Source of the DNA: Chitinophagaceae bacterium
GTDB lineage: Bacteria > Bacteroidota > Bacteroidia > Chitinophagales > Chitinophagaceae
Length of the DNA stretch: 64,000 nucleotides
NCBI GenBank assembly: GCA_028288585.1
Contig: JAQBNL010000021.1
Coordinates: forward strand, 9,221 to 73,220
Direction: 5' to 3'
Of this stretch, positions 38,755 to 49,570 are shown in pieces. Made by a program: the position numbers and the translations under genes. The notes beneath the pieces are model-generated. The model was not told the origin of the DNA, made no database searches, and was given only the letters and a program-made list of their open reading frames with translations. The stretch's first letter is position 1. Each line of letters starts with the position of its first letter.

Positions 38755-39912
38755 ATGGCAAAAAGAGACTTTTACGAGATATTGGGAGTAAGCAAAAGCG
38801 CATCAGCAGATGAGATAAAAAAAGCTTACAGAAAAGTTGCCATGCAATTTCATCCTGACAGAAACCCCGGCGATAAACCTGCAGAAGAAAAATTTAAAGA
38901 AGCTGCCGAAGCTTATGAAATATTAAGTGACGCTGATAAAAGAGCTCAATACGACAGGTTTGGACACAGCGCTTTTGGGGCAGGCCGTGGCGGAGGCTTT
39001 GGTGGCGGAATGAATACCGATGATATATTCAGCCAGTTTGGAGATATTTTCGGGGATGACATGTTCGGTAATTTTTTCGGAGGCGGAGGCAACAGGAGCC
39101 ACGGCGGCAGAAGCAAAGGCGTTAGAGGCAGCAACCTCAGGATTAAAATAAAAGTAAATTTTGAAGAGATTGCCAAAGGCACTACCAAAACCGTTAAAGT
39201 AAAAAAATATATTTCGTGCAGTACATGCAGTGGCTCCGGCGCAAAAGATAAAAACAGCGTACAAACATGCGGCACTTGCGGAGGTAACGGCCAGGTAAGA
39301 AGAGTGCAAAATACTTTTTTGGGCCAGATGCAAACTGTTACTACCTGCCCTGCCTGTAACGGCGAAGGAAATACAATAACCAATAAATGCACGGCATGTA
39401 AAGGTGAAGGCAGAGTATATGGCGAGGAAACAGTTACGCTGGATATACCGGCAGGCGTACAGAATGGGATGCAGCTTAGCATGAGCGGCAAAGGTAATGT
39501 TGGTGAACGTGGCGGACCGGCAGGGGACCTGATAATATTAATTGAAGAAGAGGAACATGAATTCCTGCAGAGAGAAGGATTGAATGTTGCTTTTGATCTT
39601 TACATATCATTTCCTGATGCCGTATTTGGCACCCATGTGGAAGTGCCCACAATTGACGGAAGGGCAAAAATAAAAATTCCCGCAGGCACGCAAAGCGGTA
39701 AAATTTTCAGGTTAAAAGGGAAAGGATTCCCCGGGATAAACAGTTATGAAAAAGGAGACCAGCTTATACATGTAAATGTATGGACTCCGCAACATGTATC
39801 ATCAGATGAAAAAGATACCCTGGAGAAGATGCAGGAAAGCAAAAACTTTCAGCCACATCCTGATAAAAACGATAAATCTTTTTGGGAAAAAATAAGGGAG
39901 ACTTTTAATTAA
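38755..39912 (+). CDS. dnaJ: Chaperone DnaJ
   Basis: J domain with HPD, G/F-rich linker, four CxxCxGxG repeats. Confidence 0.98.
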   Translation: MAKRDFYEILGVSKSASADEIKKAYRKVAMQFHPDRNPGDKPAEEKFKEAAEAYEILSDADKRAQYDRFGHSAFGAGRGGGFGGGMNTDDIFSQFGDIFGDDMFGNFFGGGGNRSHGGRSKGVRGSNLRIKIKVNFEEIAKGTTKTVKVKKYISCSTCSGSGAKDKNSVQTCGTCGGNGQVRRVQNTFLGQMQTVTTCPACNGEGNTITNKCTACKGEGRVYGEETVTLDIPAGVQNGMQLSMSGKGNVGERGGPAGDLIILIEEEEHEFLQREGLNVAFDLYISFPDAVFGTHVEVPTIDGRAKIKIPAGTQSGKIFRLKGKGFPGINSYEKGDQLIHVNVWTPQHVSSDEKDTLEKMQESKNFQPHPDKNDKSFWEKIRETFN

Positions 39913-41714
39913 TACTTACCCGCAATTTTCTTTTTACTCTTTTTTGAATAGAGTTTTTTTGCATTGTCAACAATGGTTAAAAATTCATTTTGAAGATAGT
40001 TATCTGCATTTGCAGATTCCTTTGCTATTTTTTCTACATCATTCCACGATGCAAATGAAGCATACTTTGATCCTCTTAAAAGCAAACTAAACATGGTAAG
40101 CGATGTTGCAAACTTTAGATCGGGGGGAATGTTTTTAAAATCTTTATAATTATCAGTACAGATGTATTCATAGTATTGCCGGGTACTGTCATTAGGCAAA
40201 CGGAAACTTAGCTTTACAGCAGCAATGTCATCCTGCAGAAATGGATCATCATAATATAAATTATCTTCTGTTGGAATTATTTCAAATATTGCTGTAATAC
40301 CACTTGCTGAACCAATTTCACCGCCTTCCAGTGTGCTCGATGAATCTGTTATTACATTCTTTTTATTATCGTATCCGAGCAGCCTGTAGTCTTTTACCAT
40401 TTCAGGATTGAACCTTACGTTCATGGACACATCGTTGGCAACCGTGTATAATGTTTGAGTAAGCTCTTTCACTAAAATCTTTTCCCCTTCTTTAATATCA
40501 TCCAGGTAAGCAAAATTTCCATTCCCCCTTTTAGCCAATGCTTCTATTTTTGAGTCTTTGTAATTTCCCATTCCTACACCAAGGCAGGTAAGATAAATGC
40601 CGGATTGCCTTTCTTTAGTGATCAATTCCTCCAGTTCTTTTTCGGTAGTTTGTCCAACATTAAAATCACCATCCGTTGCCAGGATGATCCTGTTATTCCC
40701 ACCTTCAATAAAAGTATTTTTTGCAAGCTTATAAGCAGCCCGCAGTGCGGCTTCGCCGGGGGTATCACCTGCAGCGTTTAATTCTTCAATTGCTTTAATA
40801 ATTTTTTGTTTTTCTGCACCGCTTGTAGGCGGCAGCCATATACCAACCGAGCCGCCATAAGTTACGATGGATATAGTATCCTTATCACGCAAATTTTTTA
40901 CGAGTGATTGAAAAGATGTTTTTAGAAGCGGTAAACGGTTAGGCAAATCCATACTGCCTGACACATCTATAAGAAAAACAAAATTGCCGGGAGGTACCTT
41001 ATCAAAATTTAATTTTTTTGCACTTACATTAATAAATAAAAGCTGGTGATTATTATTCCATGGACAGGATGTTACCTGGGATTCTATATTGAAAGTTTTA
41101 TTTTCACCAGGTTCTTTATAATTAAGATTAAAATAGTTCAGCATCTCTTCTATCCTTACCGCATCAACAGGTACTGTAGTCTTTTGATTGATAAACCTGC
41201 GGATATTTGTATAGGAGGCTTTATCCACTCTTAATGAAAATTCAGTAGCAGGAAATTTATCAGCCTTAATAAAATTGTTTTCTATAAGATTGCTGTATGA
41301 TTCATTACCAAATGCATTCCGGTCATCATTATTATCCATGCCGCCTGAAATAGAAATAAGTGTTTGCTTTTGCAGGGTTGTATTCGGGAACAACAATTTC
41401 AGATTTACTTCCTGGTAAGTATCGGCCTTTACACTTATGGATTTTGGCTCATAACCATCTGCATTAAAAGTTAATGAGTCAAAGAATTTTGAAGTAAGAA
41501 TTCCAAAACCACCTGTATTGCCGCTAAAATAAAGTAACCGGTTAGAATGCAGGTAGATCTTTACGTTTTGCAAGGGTTCATTCTTTTCATTCTTCACTTC
41601 ACCCCTGATATAATATTGAGCAGGCAGGTTAAAATACAGGATTAAAAAAAGAGTTGTAAGTAAGAGTTTCTGCAACGGGCTTTTATTACATGTAATATGA
41701 AAATTACATTTCAT
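39909..41714 (-). CDS. vWA domain protein, YfbK-like (vWF_A + VWA + DUF3520)
   Basis: [51 protein letters not shown]. Confidence 0.9.
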   Translation of the reverse strand: MKCNFHITCNKSPLQKLLLTTLFLILYFNLPAQYYIRGEVKNEKNEPLQNVKIYLHSNRLLYFSGNTGGFGILTSKFFDSLTFNADGYEPKSISVKADTYQEVNLKLLFPNTTLQKQTLISISGGMDNNDDRNAFGNESYSNLIENNFIKADKFPATEFSLRVDKASYTNIRRFINQKTTVPVDAVRIEEMLNYFNLNYKEPGENKTFNIESQVTSCPWNNNHQLLFINVSAKKLNFDKVPPGNFVFLIDVSGSMDLPNRLPLLKTSFQSLVKNLRDKDTISIVTYGGSVGIWLPPTSGAEKQKIIKAIEELNAAGDTPGEAALRAAYKLAKNTFIEGGNNRIILATDGDFNVGQTTEKELEELITKERQSGIYLTCLGVGMGNYKDSKIEALAKRGNGNFAYLDDIKEGEKILVKELTQTLYTVANDVSMNVRFNPEMVKDYRLLGYDNKKNVITDSSSTLEGGEIGSASGITAIFEIIPTEDNLYYDDPFLQDDIAAVKLSFRLPNDSTRQYYEYICTDNYKDFKNIPPDLKFATSLTMFSLLLRGSKYASFASWNDVEKIAKESANADNYLQNEFLTIVDNAKKLYSKKSKKKIAGKY

Positions 41715-41732
41715 TCAAGATAAGGTATTAAT

Positions 41733-41818
41733 CGTGAAACCTGAGACGGTAAACGTGAGGAGCGATACTTCTCATCAAAATTTCATCTCTTCACTCTTCA
41801 CCTTTTACGTCTCACGCT
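41733..41818. repeat. Inverted heptamer-arm palindrome between hpt and the vWA gene
   Basis: Left arm GTGAAACCTGAGACGGTAAACGTGAG versus right arm CTTCACCTTTTACGTCTCACG. Confidence 0.55.
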
Positions 41819-41822
41819 TGTA

Positions 41823-42356
41823 TCACACCAGTTGGTATATCTCTTTTATATTTCGCCCTAATCCATCATAATCCAATCCATAGCCTAATAAAAATTTATT
41901 GGGAACGCTAAAGCCCAGGTAATCAATTTTAATAGGGTGAATCATCGCTTCGGGTTTATGTAAAAGGGCGGCTATTTTTAATGAGGCAGGATGATGATGG
42001 TAAATTTGCGGCAAAAATTTTGAAAGCGTATTGCCTGTATCAACAATATCTTCAATTACTATTATTTCCCTGCCTACAAGATCCACATCGAGGCCTATAG
42101 CGGTAATAACCTGGCCTGATGATTTTGTTCCTTTATAGGAAGCGAGTTTTATAAAACAAATCTCTGCTTCAATATTTATTTCTTTAAAAAGATCAGCTGC
42201 AAACATAAAAGAACCATTAAGTATGGCTATGAATAAAGGCTTTTTCCCCGCATAATCTTTATTGATCTCTAAAGCAACTCTTTTCACTTCTTCACTGATT
42301 TTATCAGCAGAAATGTAAGGCTTAAATTCTTTATCGTGAACCCTGATAAACTCCAT
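41823..42356 (-). CDS. hpt: Hypoxanthine phosphoribosyltransferase
   Basis: ILNGSFMFAADL, IEDIVDTGNT, GYGLDY. Confidence 0.97.
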   Translation of the reverse strand: MEFIRVHDKEFKPYISADKISEEVKRVALEINKDYAGKKPLFIAILNGSFMFAADLFKEINIEAEICFIKLASYKGTKSSGQVITAIGLDVDLVGREIIVIEDIVDTGNTLSKFLPQIYHHHPASLKIAALLHKPEAMIHPIKIDYLGFSVPNKFLLGYGLDYDGLGRNIKEIYQLV

Positions 42357-42359
42357 ATA

Positions 42360-43517
42360 TTATTTTGAGACGATGAGTTGCTGGCCAACTTTTAAATTAT
42401 CATCAGTTAAGTTATTCCATTCTTTTAATTGCGCAACGGTAACGCCATATCTTTTAGATATGGTATAAAGTCCTTCTTTTGGTTGCACAGCGTAAGTTTT
42501 TACCGCAGTAATTTCAAACGTTTGTTTTACAATAACCGGTGGCGCTTTGGATGCAGCTTTTAAATTCAATTTACTTCCTGCAGATATTTTTTCATCACCT
42601 CTCAACTCATTGTATTCATACAAATTCTGCAACCGGATGCCGTTTTTTTGAGCCACATCGTAAAGGCTTTCATTGTTTTGAACAATATAAAAATCCTTAT
42701 CTCCCTCTTTTGATTTTTTCTCCAGGAAAATAAACTGGTCTTCTTCCAGCAAACCATCTTTTTGCATATCGTTATATTCCAAAAGTTTATTCAGGTTGAT
42801 ATTATTTTCTGTTGCAATTGCCAGCAATGATCTTCCCTTTGTTTCATAAATGGCTTTGCTTCCATTAATATCAATTTTTTCTTTTGGGGTATTTAAAACC
42901 ATATCTGCCTGTTGTATATTAGAAGACCCTTTGCCTTTCACTAATTCAGCAAAGGCTTTATCTTCAGGATCGGATTGGTATTTTGATGCATCAAAAACGG
43001 GAACTTCATTAACCGCCACCATAGTATACTGCTGGAGGTTATTTTCCTCTATATTTTTTATAAGGATTTCAGGATACTTTGGATTGGTTGCATAACCTGC
43101 TCTTTTTAAACCGTATGCCCATCCTTTATAATCTCTTGGATCAAGCTTAAATAAAAAAGCATAGCGGTCGTTACCGCGTAAATAATTTGAATGATCCCTG
43201 TACGATCCTTCTGCATCTTTATAGGTACGGAAACATTCACCTAAGGCATCATCATCATGGCTAACACCTTCAGCCGTCCAGCTGCTTTTGCATTTAATGC
43301 CAAAATGATTATTTGATTTTCTTAAAAGTTCACTGTTGCCATTTTCAGTTTCCAGCAAACCTTGAGCAAGTGTAATGGCTGCAGGTATACCCATACGCTT
43401 CATTTCACGTATGGCATATTCTTTATAAGTTTGAATGTATTGTTCCTTCGAAATTTTTTGAGAAAACGCTGCCGGTATACAATAAAGTGAAATAAAAAAA
43501 AGAATAGCTTTTTTCAT
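42360..43517 (-). CDS. GH73 glucosaminidase (peptidoglycan hydrolase) with LysM domains
   Basis: AQGLLE, NNHFGIKC, AGYATNPKY; LysM repeats such as LYTISKRYGVTVAQLKEWN. Confidence 0.93.
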   Translation of the reverse strand: MKKAILFFISLYCIPAAFSQKISKEQYIQTYKEYAIREMKRMGIPAAITLAQGLLETENGNSELLRKSNNHFGIKCKSSWTAEGVSHDDDALGECFRTYKDAEGSYRDHSNYLRGNDRYAFLFKLDPRDYKGWAYGLKRAGYATNPKYPEILIKNIEENNLQQYTMVAVNEVPVFDASKYQSDPEDKAFAELVKGKGSSNIQQADMVLNTPKEKIDINGSKAIYETKGRSLLAIATENNINLNKLLEYNDMQKDGLLEEDQFIFLEKKSKEGDKDFYIVQNNESLYDVAQKNGIRLQNLYEYNELRGDEKISAGSKLNLKAASKAPPVIVKQTFEITAVKTYAVQPKEGLYTISKRYGVTVAQLKEWNNLTDDNLKVGQQLIVSK

Positions 43518-43547
43518 ATAACTGGGTTAGGGTTTTTTATGGGGTTT

Positions 43548-43688
43548 GTCTGAACCATGATTTGGGGAGATTTAGAAAATTATCAGGATTATAAATATTA
43601 ACGTTGAAAACTAATAATTAATTATCCCTAAAAACAAAATTCGATTTTCTTTTAAATCCTATTAATCTACCCAAATCATGGTTCAGAC
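43548..43688. mobile_element. 141-bp MITE-like element with 19-bp perfect terminal inverted repeats
   Basis: GTCTGAACCATGATTTGGG (43548-43566) and CCCAAATCATGGTTCAGAC (43670-43688); no ORF; TT on both flanks; abuts the stop codon at 43689. Confidence 0.75.
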
Positions 43689-44327
43689 TTATAATTTCCT
43701 TATTAAAAATAATCCATCTCTTACTGTTAGCATCACCTGCTCCACTCTTTTATCATTGGCTATATGTTCGTTAAATGCCTGGATAGCTTTTGCATTTTTG
43801 CCCTTGATATTTTCCTCTAAAACTTCGCCGTGAAATAATACGTTATCAGCTATTATAAGTCCGTTTGGTTTTACGTGCGGCAAAGTTAATTCGTAATAAT
43901 CAATATAACTTACTTTATCCGCATCAATAAATACAATATCCCACTCTTCATCTAAAGCTGGTATAATATCCAACGCATTGGATACGTGTAAAACTATTTT
44001 ATTATTCTGTAAAGATTTGCTAAAAAAATTACGGGCAGTTTTAGCATCTTCTTCTCTTAATTCTATTGTATGCAATACTCCATCTGGTTGCAAACCTTTT
44101 GCAAGGCATAAAGCGCTATAGCCCGTGAATGTTCCTATCTCCAAAATTTTTTTTGGCTGCAGCAGGCAGCTTATTGTTTCTAATATTTTTCCCTGTACAT
44201 GCCCGCTAAGCATTTGTGAATGCGGATGCTGGTTAGTGTATGCTGCAATCTCAGCCAGCAATTCATTTTCCTTTGAAGAAAAATTTTGTGCGTAAGCTTC
44301 AGCCTTTTTATTTATCAGTTCCATCAT
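43689..44327 (-). CDS. O-methyltransferase (Methyltransf_3 family)
   Basis: MLSGHVQG, ILEIGTFTGYSA, FIDADK, ADNVL, VRDGL. Confidence 0.93.
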   Translation of the reverse strand: MMELINKKAEAYAQNFSSKENELLAEIAAYTNQHPHSQMLSGHVQGKILETISCLLQPKKILEIGTFTGYSALCLAKGLQPDGVLHTIELREEDAKTARNFFSKSLQNNKIVLHVSNALDIIPALDEEWDIVFIDADKVSYIDYYELTLPHVKPNGLIIADNVLFHGEVLEENIKGKNAKAIQAFNEHIANDKRVEQVMLTVRDGLFLIRKL

Positions 44328-45798
44328 GTAGTATTGACTTTACTTCAGCGGAAATAGGAATTGGTTTTGAAATTAAATATAGCCCGATGAAAGTCAGGAG
44401 ACCATTAATTATAAGTAGCTCAAGTCCTATTTCATATTTCCCGAAAATATCTTTTTGAAACCTGTCCAGGAAAAAACAAATAACAGGGGCAAGAACACAA
44501 ACAACAGGAACGAATTTATCAATGACCTTTCTTTTCGTTAATATTCCAAAAGAGAATAAACCCAATAATGGGCCGTAAGTATACGCAGCCACTTTCAGAA
44601 TTACACCTATCATACTGGGATTATTTACCCATTTAAACACCATAACAAATACAAGAAATATAAAAGCAACAGTAAGGTGAATTCTTTGTCTCACTTTTTT
44701 CTTTTTTGCCTCGTCCCAATCATCTCTTCTTTTTAAACCAAGAATATCAATACAAAAAGATGATGTTAATGCTGTGATCGCTCCATCCGCACTCGGGAAT
44801 AAAGCAGAGATCAATGCTATGATAAAGATCACCGAGATCAATGGGGGCATATGATGCAGTGCTATCTCGGGGAATAATTTATCGCCTGTTACCGTTACAC
44901 CCTGCTGGCCTGCGTACAAATATAGCAATCCTCCTAAAAACAGGAAAAGCAACAGAACGATAGCAAGTATGAAGGACATGGTAAGAACATTTTTTTTGGA
45001 ATTTCCTAATGTTCTTACTGAAAGATTCTTTTGCATCATTTCCTGGTCCATGCCCGTCATGGTAATGGTAATGAATGCGCCGGCTAAAATTTGTTTTACA
45101 AAAAACAATTTGCTGTTAACGTCAGTGAAAAATATTTTGCTGTAACCTTTTTCTCTCATCTGCCCCAGACTGTCAGTAAAATTCAGCCCCATTTTATTAA
45201 GTATAAAAATCACGCAAATTACAAGCCCTGCCAACATGCAGGAGGTTTGTAAAGTGTCCGTCCACACAATTGTTTTCACCCCGCCTTTGTAGGTGTACAA
45301 TAATATCATAACAAGAATGATAACCGTTGTTAACCAGAAAGGAACATGAAAAGATTCAAGGATAGAGTACTGCAATATTTCCACTACAAGGTATAGCCTC
45401 GCTGTTGCGCCTAACGTCCTGGACAGTATAAAAAATGCCGAACCGGTTTTATAAGAATTGAACCCAAACCTTGTACTTAAATAATGATATATGGAAGTGA
45501 CGTTCAGCCTGTAATACAGTGGAAGCAGTACAAAGGCAATGATTGCGTAACCGATCAGGTAGCCTATTGTTATTTGAAAGTAAGCAAATGCTTCTCTTCC
45601 AACTGCACCGGGAACACTAACAAATGTAACGCCGCTTAACGAAGTACCTATCATACCAAAGGCAACCAGCATCCAGTTGGAACTGCGGTTACCGATAAAA
45701 AAACTTTCGTTATTAGAGTTGCGGGAAGTGCGGTTAGCAACAATAAGGAGGATAATAAAATAACCGATCACAAAAGAGAACAACATTAATGGAGACAT
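44308..45798 (-). CDS. Sodium:solute symporter
   Basis: Many TMs; GTSLSGVTFVSVPG, GGVKTIVWTDTLQ, TGMDQEMMQK, SADGA. Confidence 0.93.
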   Translation of the reverse strand: MSPLMLFSFVIGYFIILLIVANRTSRNSNNESFFIGNRSSNWMLVAFGMIGTSLSGVTFVSVPGAVGREAFAYFQITIGYLIGYAIIAFVLLPLYYRLNVTSIYHYLSTRFGFNSYKTGSAFFILSRTLGATARLYLVVEILQYSILESFHVPFWLTTVIILVMILLYTYKGGVKTIVWTDTLQTSCMLAGLVICVIFILNKMGLNFTDSLGQMREKGYSKIFFTDVNSKLFFVKQILAGAFITITMTGMDQEMMQKNLSVRTLGNSKKNVLTMSFILAIVLLLFLFLGGLLYLYAGQQGVTVTGDKLFPEIALHHMPPLISVIFIIALISALFPSADGAITALTSSFCIDILGLKRRDDWDEAKKKKVRQRIHLTVAFIFLVFVMVFKWVNNPSMIGVILKVAAYTYGPLLGLFSFGILTKRKVIDKFVPVVCVLAPVICFFLDRFQKDIFGKYEIGLELLIINGLLTFIGLYLISKPIPISAEVKSILHDGTDK

Positions 45799-45854
45799 AT
45801 TATCTGATTACTTTTGAATAATATATTGGATAAAAAAACAAGATAAATAAAATT

Positions 45855-46391
45855 ATGTCAATTAAATCTTTAGCCGTTTTTTGTGGCTCAAAAAGTGGTG
45901 TTAATCCTTTGTATGTTGAGCATGCAAAACAACTCGGGTATATTCTTGCAGAAAAAAATATAACGCTTGTTTATGGCGGAAGCACTAAAGGAATTATGGG
46001 AGCAGTTGCCAATGCTGCTTTGGAAAAGAAAGGAAAAGTAATTGGTGTAATGCCTAAGGTTTTGGTTGAATGGGAACACCAGCATTTGGGTTTGACAGAG
46101 TTGCACGAAGTAGCGGATATGCATGTACGCAAAGCATTACTGTATGAAAAGTGTGATGCAGCGCTCATTTTGCCCGGTGGCTATGGAACGCTTGATGAGT
46201 TTTTTGAAATGCTTACATGGAACCAGCTAAGCATTCATGATAAAAAAATATTTGTATTGAACAGCGATGGCTTTTATGATCACCTTATTGCACACATGAA
46301 AAAAATGGAAGAAGAAAAATTTTTATACGATACAGTTGTGGAGAGGATGACGATAATTAAGGAGCCGGCGGAGTTAGGGAAGTATTTGTAA
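45855..46391 (+). CDS. LOG family nucleotide 5'-monophosphate nucleosidase (TIGR00730)
   Basis: AVFCGS, LVYGG, MHVRK, PGGYGTLDE. Confidence 0.93.
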   Translation: MSIKSLAVFCGSKSGVNPLYVEHAKQLGYILAEKNITLVYGGSTKGIMGAVANAALEKKGKVIGVMPKVLVEWEHQHLGLTELHEVADMHVRKALLYEKCDAALILPGGYGTLDEFFEMLTWNQLSIHDKKIFVLNSDGFYDHLIAHMKKMEEEKFLYDTVVERMTIIKEPAELGKYL

Positions 46392-46431
46392 TATAGTTGC
46401 ACATTAAATTAAGAGAAAATAATAATAATAA

Positions 46432-47307
46432 TCACCTCGCCATCGCAGGGCATCCAACTTTACTTTTTCTTCCCGAGCCTCTTCCTCCACCACCTCCGCC
46501 TCCACTTCCTAATCTGAAAGAAAGAGTTAATCCAGTGAAGTAATACCAGTCGTTACCATCCAAAGTAGCTCTTGGTGTACCTGTCACAGGATATGGACCT
46601 GCACCAACTTCATCACCACGATATGCAAGATCAACAGACTGCTGGCCTTTGGCTGCAAGCAAAATATTCTCATCTACATAAGTTGTACTTACATCATCCA
46701 GGTAATCAGTAAATGTTTTTCGTAAGCTCAGTTCAATACCAACCCGAACATCATCACTTAATGATAATTTTATTCCGCCACCAAATGGTATTGCAAACTG
46801 TGAAAGATTATAAGGGTCTCTGCCTGCACCAAAACCTTCTCCTTCCGTACTTAATGGCTGGAGAAAAACTTTTTGCCTTGCCGCATCAAAAGTATATGGA
46901 TTGAAATGAAAGTAAGCTGCTCCTGCAAATATATAAGGCGTAATCATGTGTGTATAAGGATCAAGAATGTAATACTCTGCGCCCAGCATCACATCAAATA
47001 TGGGGGAACTGAAATTTAAATTTCTTTGCTGCTGCCCGGGTTGCTTTTTATCATCTGCACCTATCTTACCTAACATAATACCCAAACGTGCATACAGCTT
47101 ATTGGAAATTTCATATTCCAGCCCGATACCGGCTGCAAAATTTGGCTGCTTAAAACTGATCTGTTTACCGCCCTTGGGATTATACTGAAGGTCGCCTTTG
47201 TAATTGGCGATTCCTCCAAAAAAATTCAAATGCAGGTTTTGGCAATATCCCCGGAAGGCAAAAAAAGATAGAGCAGTAACCAGAAATAGTTTCTTTACAT
47301 TCTTCAT
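46432..47307 (-). CDS. DUF6089-like outer-membrane beta-barrel protein
   Basis: Signal peptide, GIANYKGDL, RNLNFSS, PLSTEGEG, TFTDYLDDVS. Confidence 0.75.
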   Translation of the reverse strand: MKNVKKLFLVTALSFFAFRGYCQNLHLNFFGGIANYKGDLQYNPKGGKQISFKQPNFAAGIGLEYEISNKLYARLGIMLGKIGADDKKQPGQQQRNLNFSSPIFDVMLGAEYYILDPYTHMITPYIFAGAAYFHFNPYTFDAARQKVFLQPLSTEGEGFGAGRDPYNLSQFAIPFGGGIKLSLSDDVRVGIELSLRKTFTDYLDDVSTTYVDENILLAAKGQQSVDLAYRGDEVGAGPYPVTGTPRATLDGNDWYYFTGLTLSFRLGSGGGGGGGRGSGRKSKVGCPAMAR

Positions 47308-47310
47308 TAT

Positions 47311-47976
47311 CTATTTTCTTTTTCCCCTGTTTAAACCAATATTTATGCCTGCTCTTATAATAGGTAAAAGATTTCCATAGCCATCTACATAAGGGGAGTT
47401 AACATCTTTTATCACATCAACCAAAATACTTAAGTAGGTAAAAGAATTTTTATCAGAACGGGAAGTAGTGTAGCCCCCGCCTAACAGTAAACTTGGAGCA
47501 TGTAATGTTTGCCTGAGCGTGGTATTGGAATTATTAGGAATAAATTTTTGAGCAATGAAATTATATTCCGGCTCTGCCTGTATAAAAAGAAAGTGAACAG
47601 GAAATATTCTTGTAAAAGCACCAAGCCCATAAATGGTTGTGCGGTATTTATTATTATACCCATCCCGCTGGCTTTGGTATTCAAAATTTGCAACGCCTGC
47701 AAAATCTATCCATTTAGCAACTGTATATCCATAATGCGGATGCACACCAAAATTAAAAGTACCGTTGCCGGCGCCTAAGGAAATGCTTCCGCCGGTAAAC
47801 CAATTGGAGGGATCGTATCCTTTTTGTTTTTCAGGTTCGTCCTGCGCATGAAGAGAAGTGGCAATCAGCAAGCTACAGGCTGCGAGCACTATTGATTTAA
47901 ATATTTTCATAATGGTATTTTTAAAAAATAAACTATAGGCCAGATGCGGAAATGATAAAGATAGTTGGCCATTCAT
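47311..47976 (-). CDS. Hypothetical outer-membrane beta-barrel protein
   Basis: Signal peptide, amphipathic strands. The true start is probably MKIFK (aa 23). Confidence 0.65.
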   Translation of the reverse strand: MNGQLSLSFPHLAYSLFFKNTIMKIFKSIVLAACSLLIATSLHAQDEPEKQKGYDPSNWFTGGSISLGAGNGTFNFGVHPHYGYTVAKWIDFAGVANFEYQSQRDGYNNKYRTTIYGLGAFTRIFPVHFLFIQAEPEYNFIAQKFIPNNSNTTLRQTLHAPSLLLGGGYTTSRSDKNSFTYLSILVDVIKDVNSPYVDGYGNLLPIIRAGINIGLNRGKRK

Positions 47977-47987
47977 AATTGATAACT

Positions 47988-49406
47988 CTATTCAATATCA
48001 AAAATCTTTCCTGCGTTTAAAATATTATTGGGATCAAAAACCTTTTTTATTCCTCTCATTAATTGCAGTTGTGTTTTATCGAATACAATATCCATAAAAT
48101 TTTTTTGCACCAATCCTATGCCGTGCTCACCACTAACCGTACCACCCAGTTTTTTTACTAATGTAAATAATGCTCTCAGAGATTGTATTATTTCCGGATC
48201 ATCCTGGCTGTTTTCTGTGCCTTCTTTTTTTATGCGTATGTGCAGGTTGCCATCACCAGCATGGCCATAACACACTGCTTTAAAGCCAAATTGTTTTCCC
48301 AGTTCTTTTACGCCATGCACCAATGCAGGCAATTCGGCCCGGGGCACTACGGTATCTTCTTCAATGGTATATCCATCAATTTTTACAGCTTCGGCTACCA
48401 GCCTTCTCAGCTTCCACAATTCAGCTTTCTGTGTTGCATTATCTGCAAAATATATCTCACCGCAATCATATTGGCCAAGCAATTCTGATATGGCTTCCAT
48501 TTCCTGCATTAATGTTTCCAGGTGATTTCCATCTACTTCAATTATTAAATGTGCTGCGGTACCTTCGGTTATAGGCACTGCTGTGCTGCCAACAAATTTA
48601 CTTACAATTAAAAGCGCATCTATTTCCACCAGCTCTAATGCACTTGGCGTATATCCTGCCCTGAAAATTGCACTTACAGCTTCGCTTGCTTTTTCCAAAT
48701 TTGTAAATGGCACCAACATCAGCAGGTCGTACATGGGTAAAGGAATCAGGCGCAAAACAATTTTTGTAACAATACCCAGCGTGCCCTCACTGCCAATCAT
48801 CAGTTGCGTTAAATTATATCCCGTAGAATTTTTTAAAACATTTGCTCCTGTCCAGATAATTTCACCGGTTGGTAAAACCACCTCAAGATTAATTACATAA
48901 TCTTTTACCACGCCATATTTTACCGCTTTTGGTCCGCCACTGTTTTCGGCAACATTACCACCAATAAAACAGGAGCCGCGGCTGCTGGGGTCAGGCGGAT
49001 AGAACAAGCCTTTTTCTTTTACCCCGTTTTGTAATATTTCAGTTATTACTCCCGGCTCTGTTGTTACCTGCAAATTTCTTTCATCAATATGGAGTATAGA
49101 ATTCATTCTTTCTGTAGAAATTAATACACCTCCTAAGTGCGGTAAAGCCCCGCCACTAAGCCCTGTGCCGGCCCCTCTTGGGGTAACCGGTATTTTATAT
49201 TGATTGCATATCTTAAATATTTCACTTATTTCTCCAGCAGAGCGGGGTTTAATTACAACCTCAGGCAAGTAGTGGAGATTCTCTGTTTCATCATGAGAAT
49301 ATTTATACAGGTTTTCTTCATCTGCAAAAACAAATTGCTCCCCTACGATGGTTTTAAATGCTTCTATATGTTGCCCGCTTAATAAAGACCTGGTACTTAC
49401 TTCCAT
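47988..49406 (-). CDS. FAD-linked oxidase, GlcD/D-lactate dehydrogenase family
   Basis: RGAGTGLSGG, PPDPSS, GHAGDGNLH, SGEHGIG, LNAGKI. Confidence 0.92.
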   Translation of the reverse strand: MEVSTRSLLSGQHIEAFKTIVGEQFVFADEENLYKYSHDETENLHYLPEVVIKPRSAGEISEIFKICNQYKIPVTPRGAGTGLSGGALPHLGGVLISTERMNSILHIDERNLQVTTEPGVITEILQNGVKEKGLFYPPDPSSRGSCFIGGNVAENSGGPKAVKYGVVKDYVINLEVVLPTGEIIWTGANVLKNSTGYNLTQLMIGSEGTLGIVTKIVLRLIPLPMYDLLMLVPFTNLEKASEAVSAIFRAGYTPSALELVEIDALLIVSKFVGSTAVPITEGTAAHLIIEVDGNHLETLMQEMEAISELLGQYDCGEIYFADNATQKAELWKLRRLVAEAVKIDGYTIEEDTVVPRAELPALVHGVKELGKQFGFKAVCYGHAGDGNLHIRIKKEGTENSQDDPEIIQSLRALFTLVKKLGGTVSGEHGIGLVQKNFMDIVFDKTQLQLMRGIKKVFDPNNILNAGKIFDIE

Positions 49407-49570
49407 TATAAATTTTATAGCGGTTAAAATTAATCATTTGTAATTAAGCTTAAAAAAAGCCGTAAAAAGGTGTGTGTGGAAAAATATTTTTCAAGGAAAT
49501 GTAACCTAATACGAAATCAATCGTATATTTGGTTCTCAGATATACTTTCTCATAATAAAATAATACAGCA

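Noticed and set aside
38923-39667. Long antisense ORFs over dnaJ, and similar shadow ORFs over rplY, susC, pepT, the PKD genes, glcD and recG
   Set aside because: Antisense or alternate-frame by-products of strongly conserved genes, with no recognisable motifs or start signals.
38133-39912. grpE-dnaJ without dnaK
   Set aside because: This is the usual arrangement in Bacteroidota.
45855-46391. LOG protein as a cytokinin or defence gene
   Set aside because: Typical stand-alone PGGxGTxxE nucleotide hydrolase with no supporting context.
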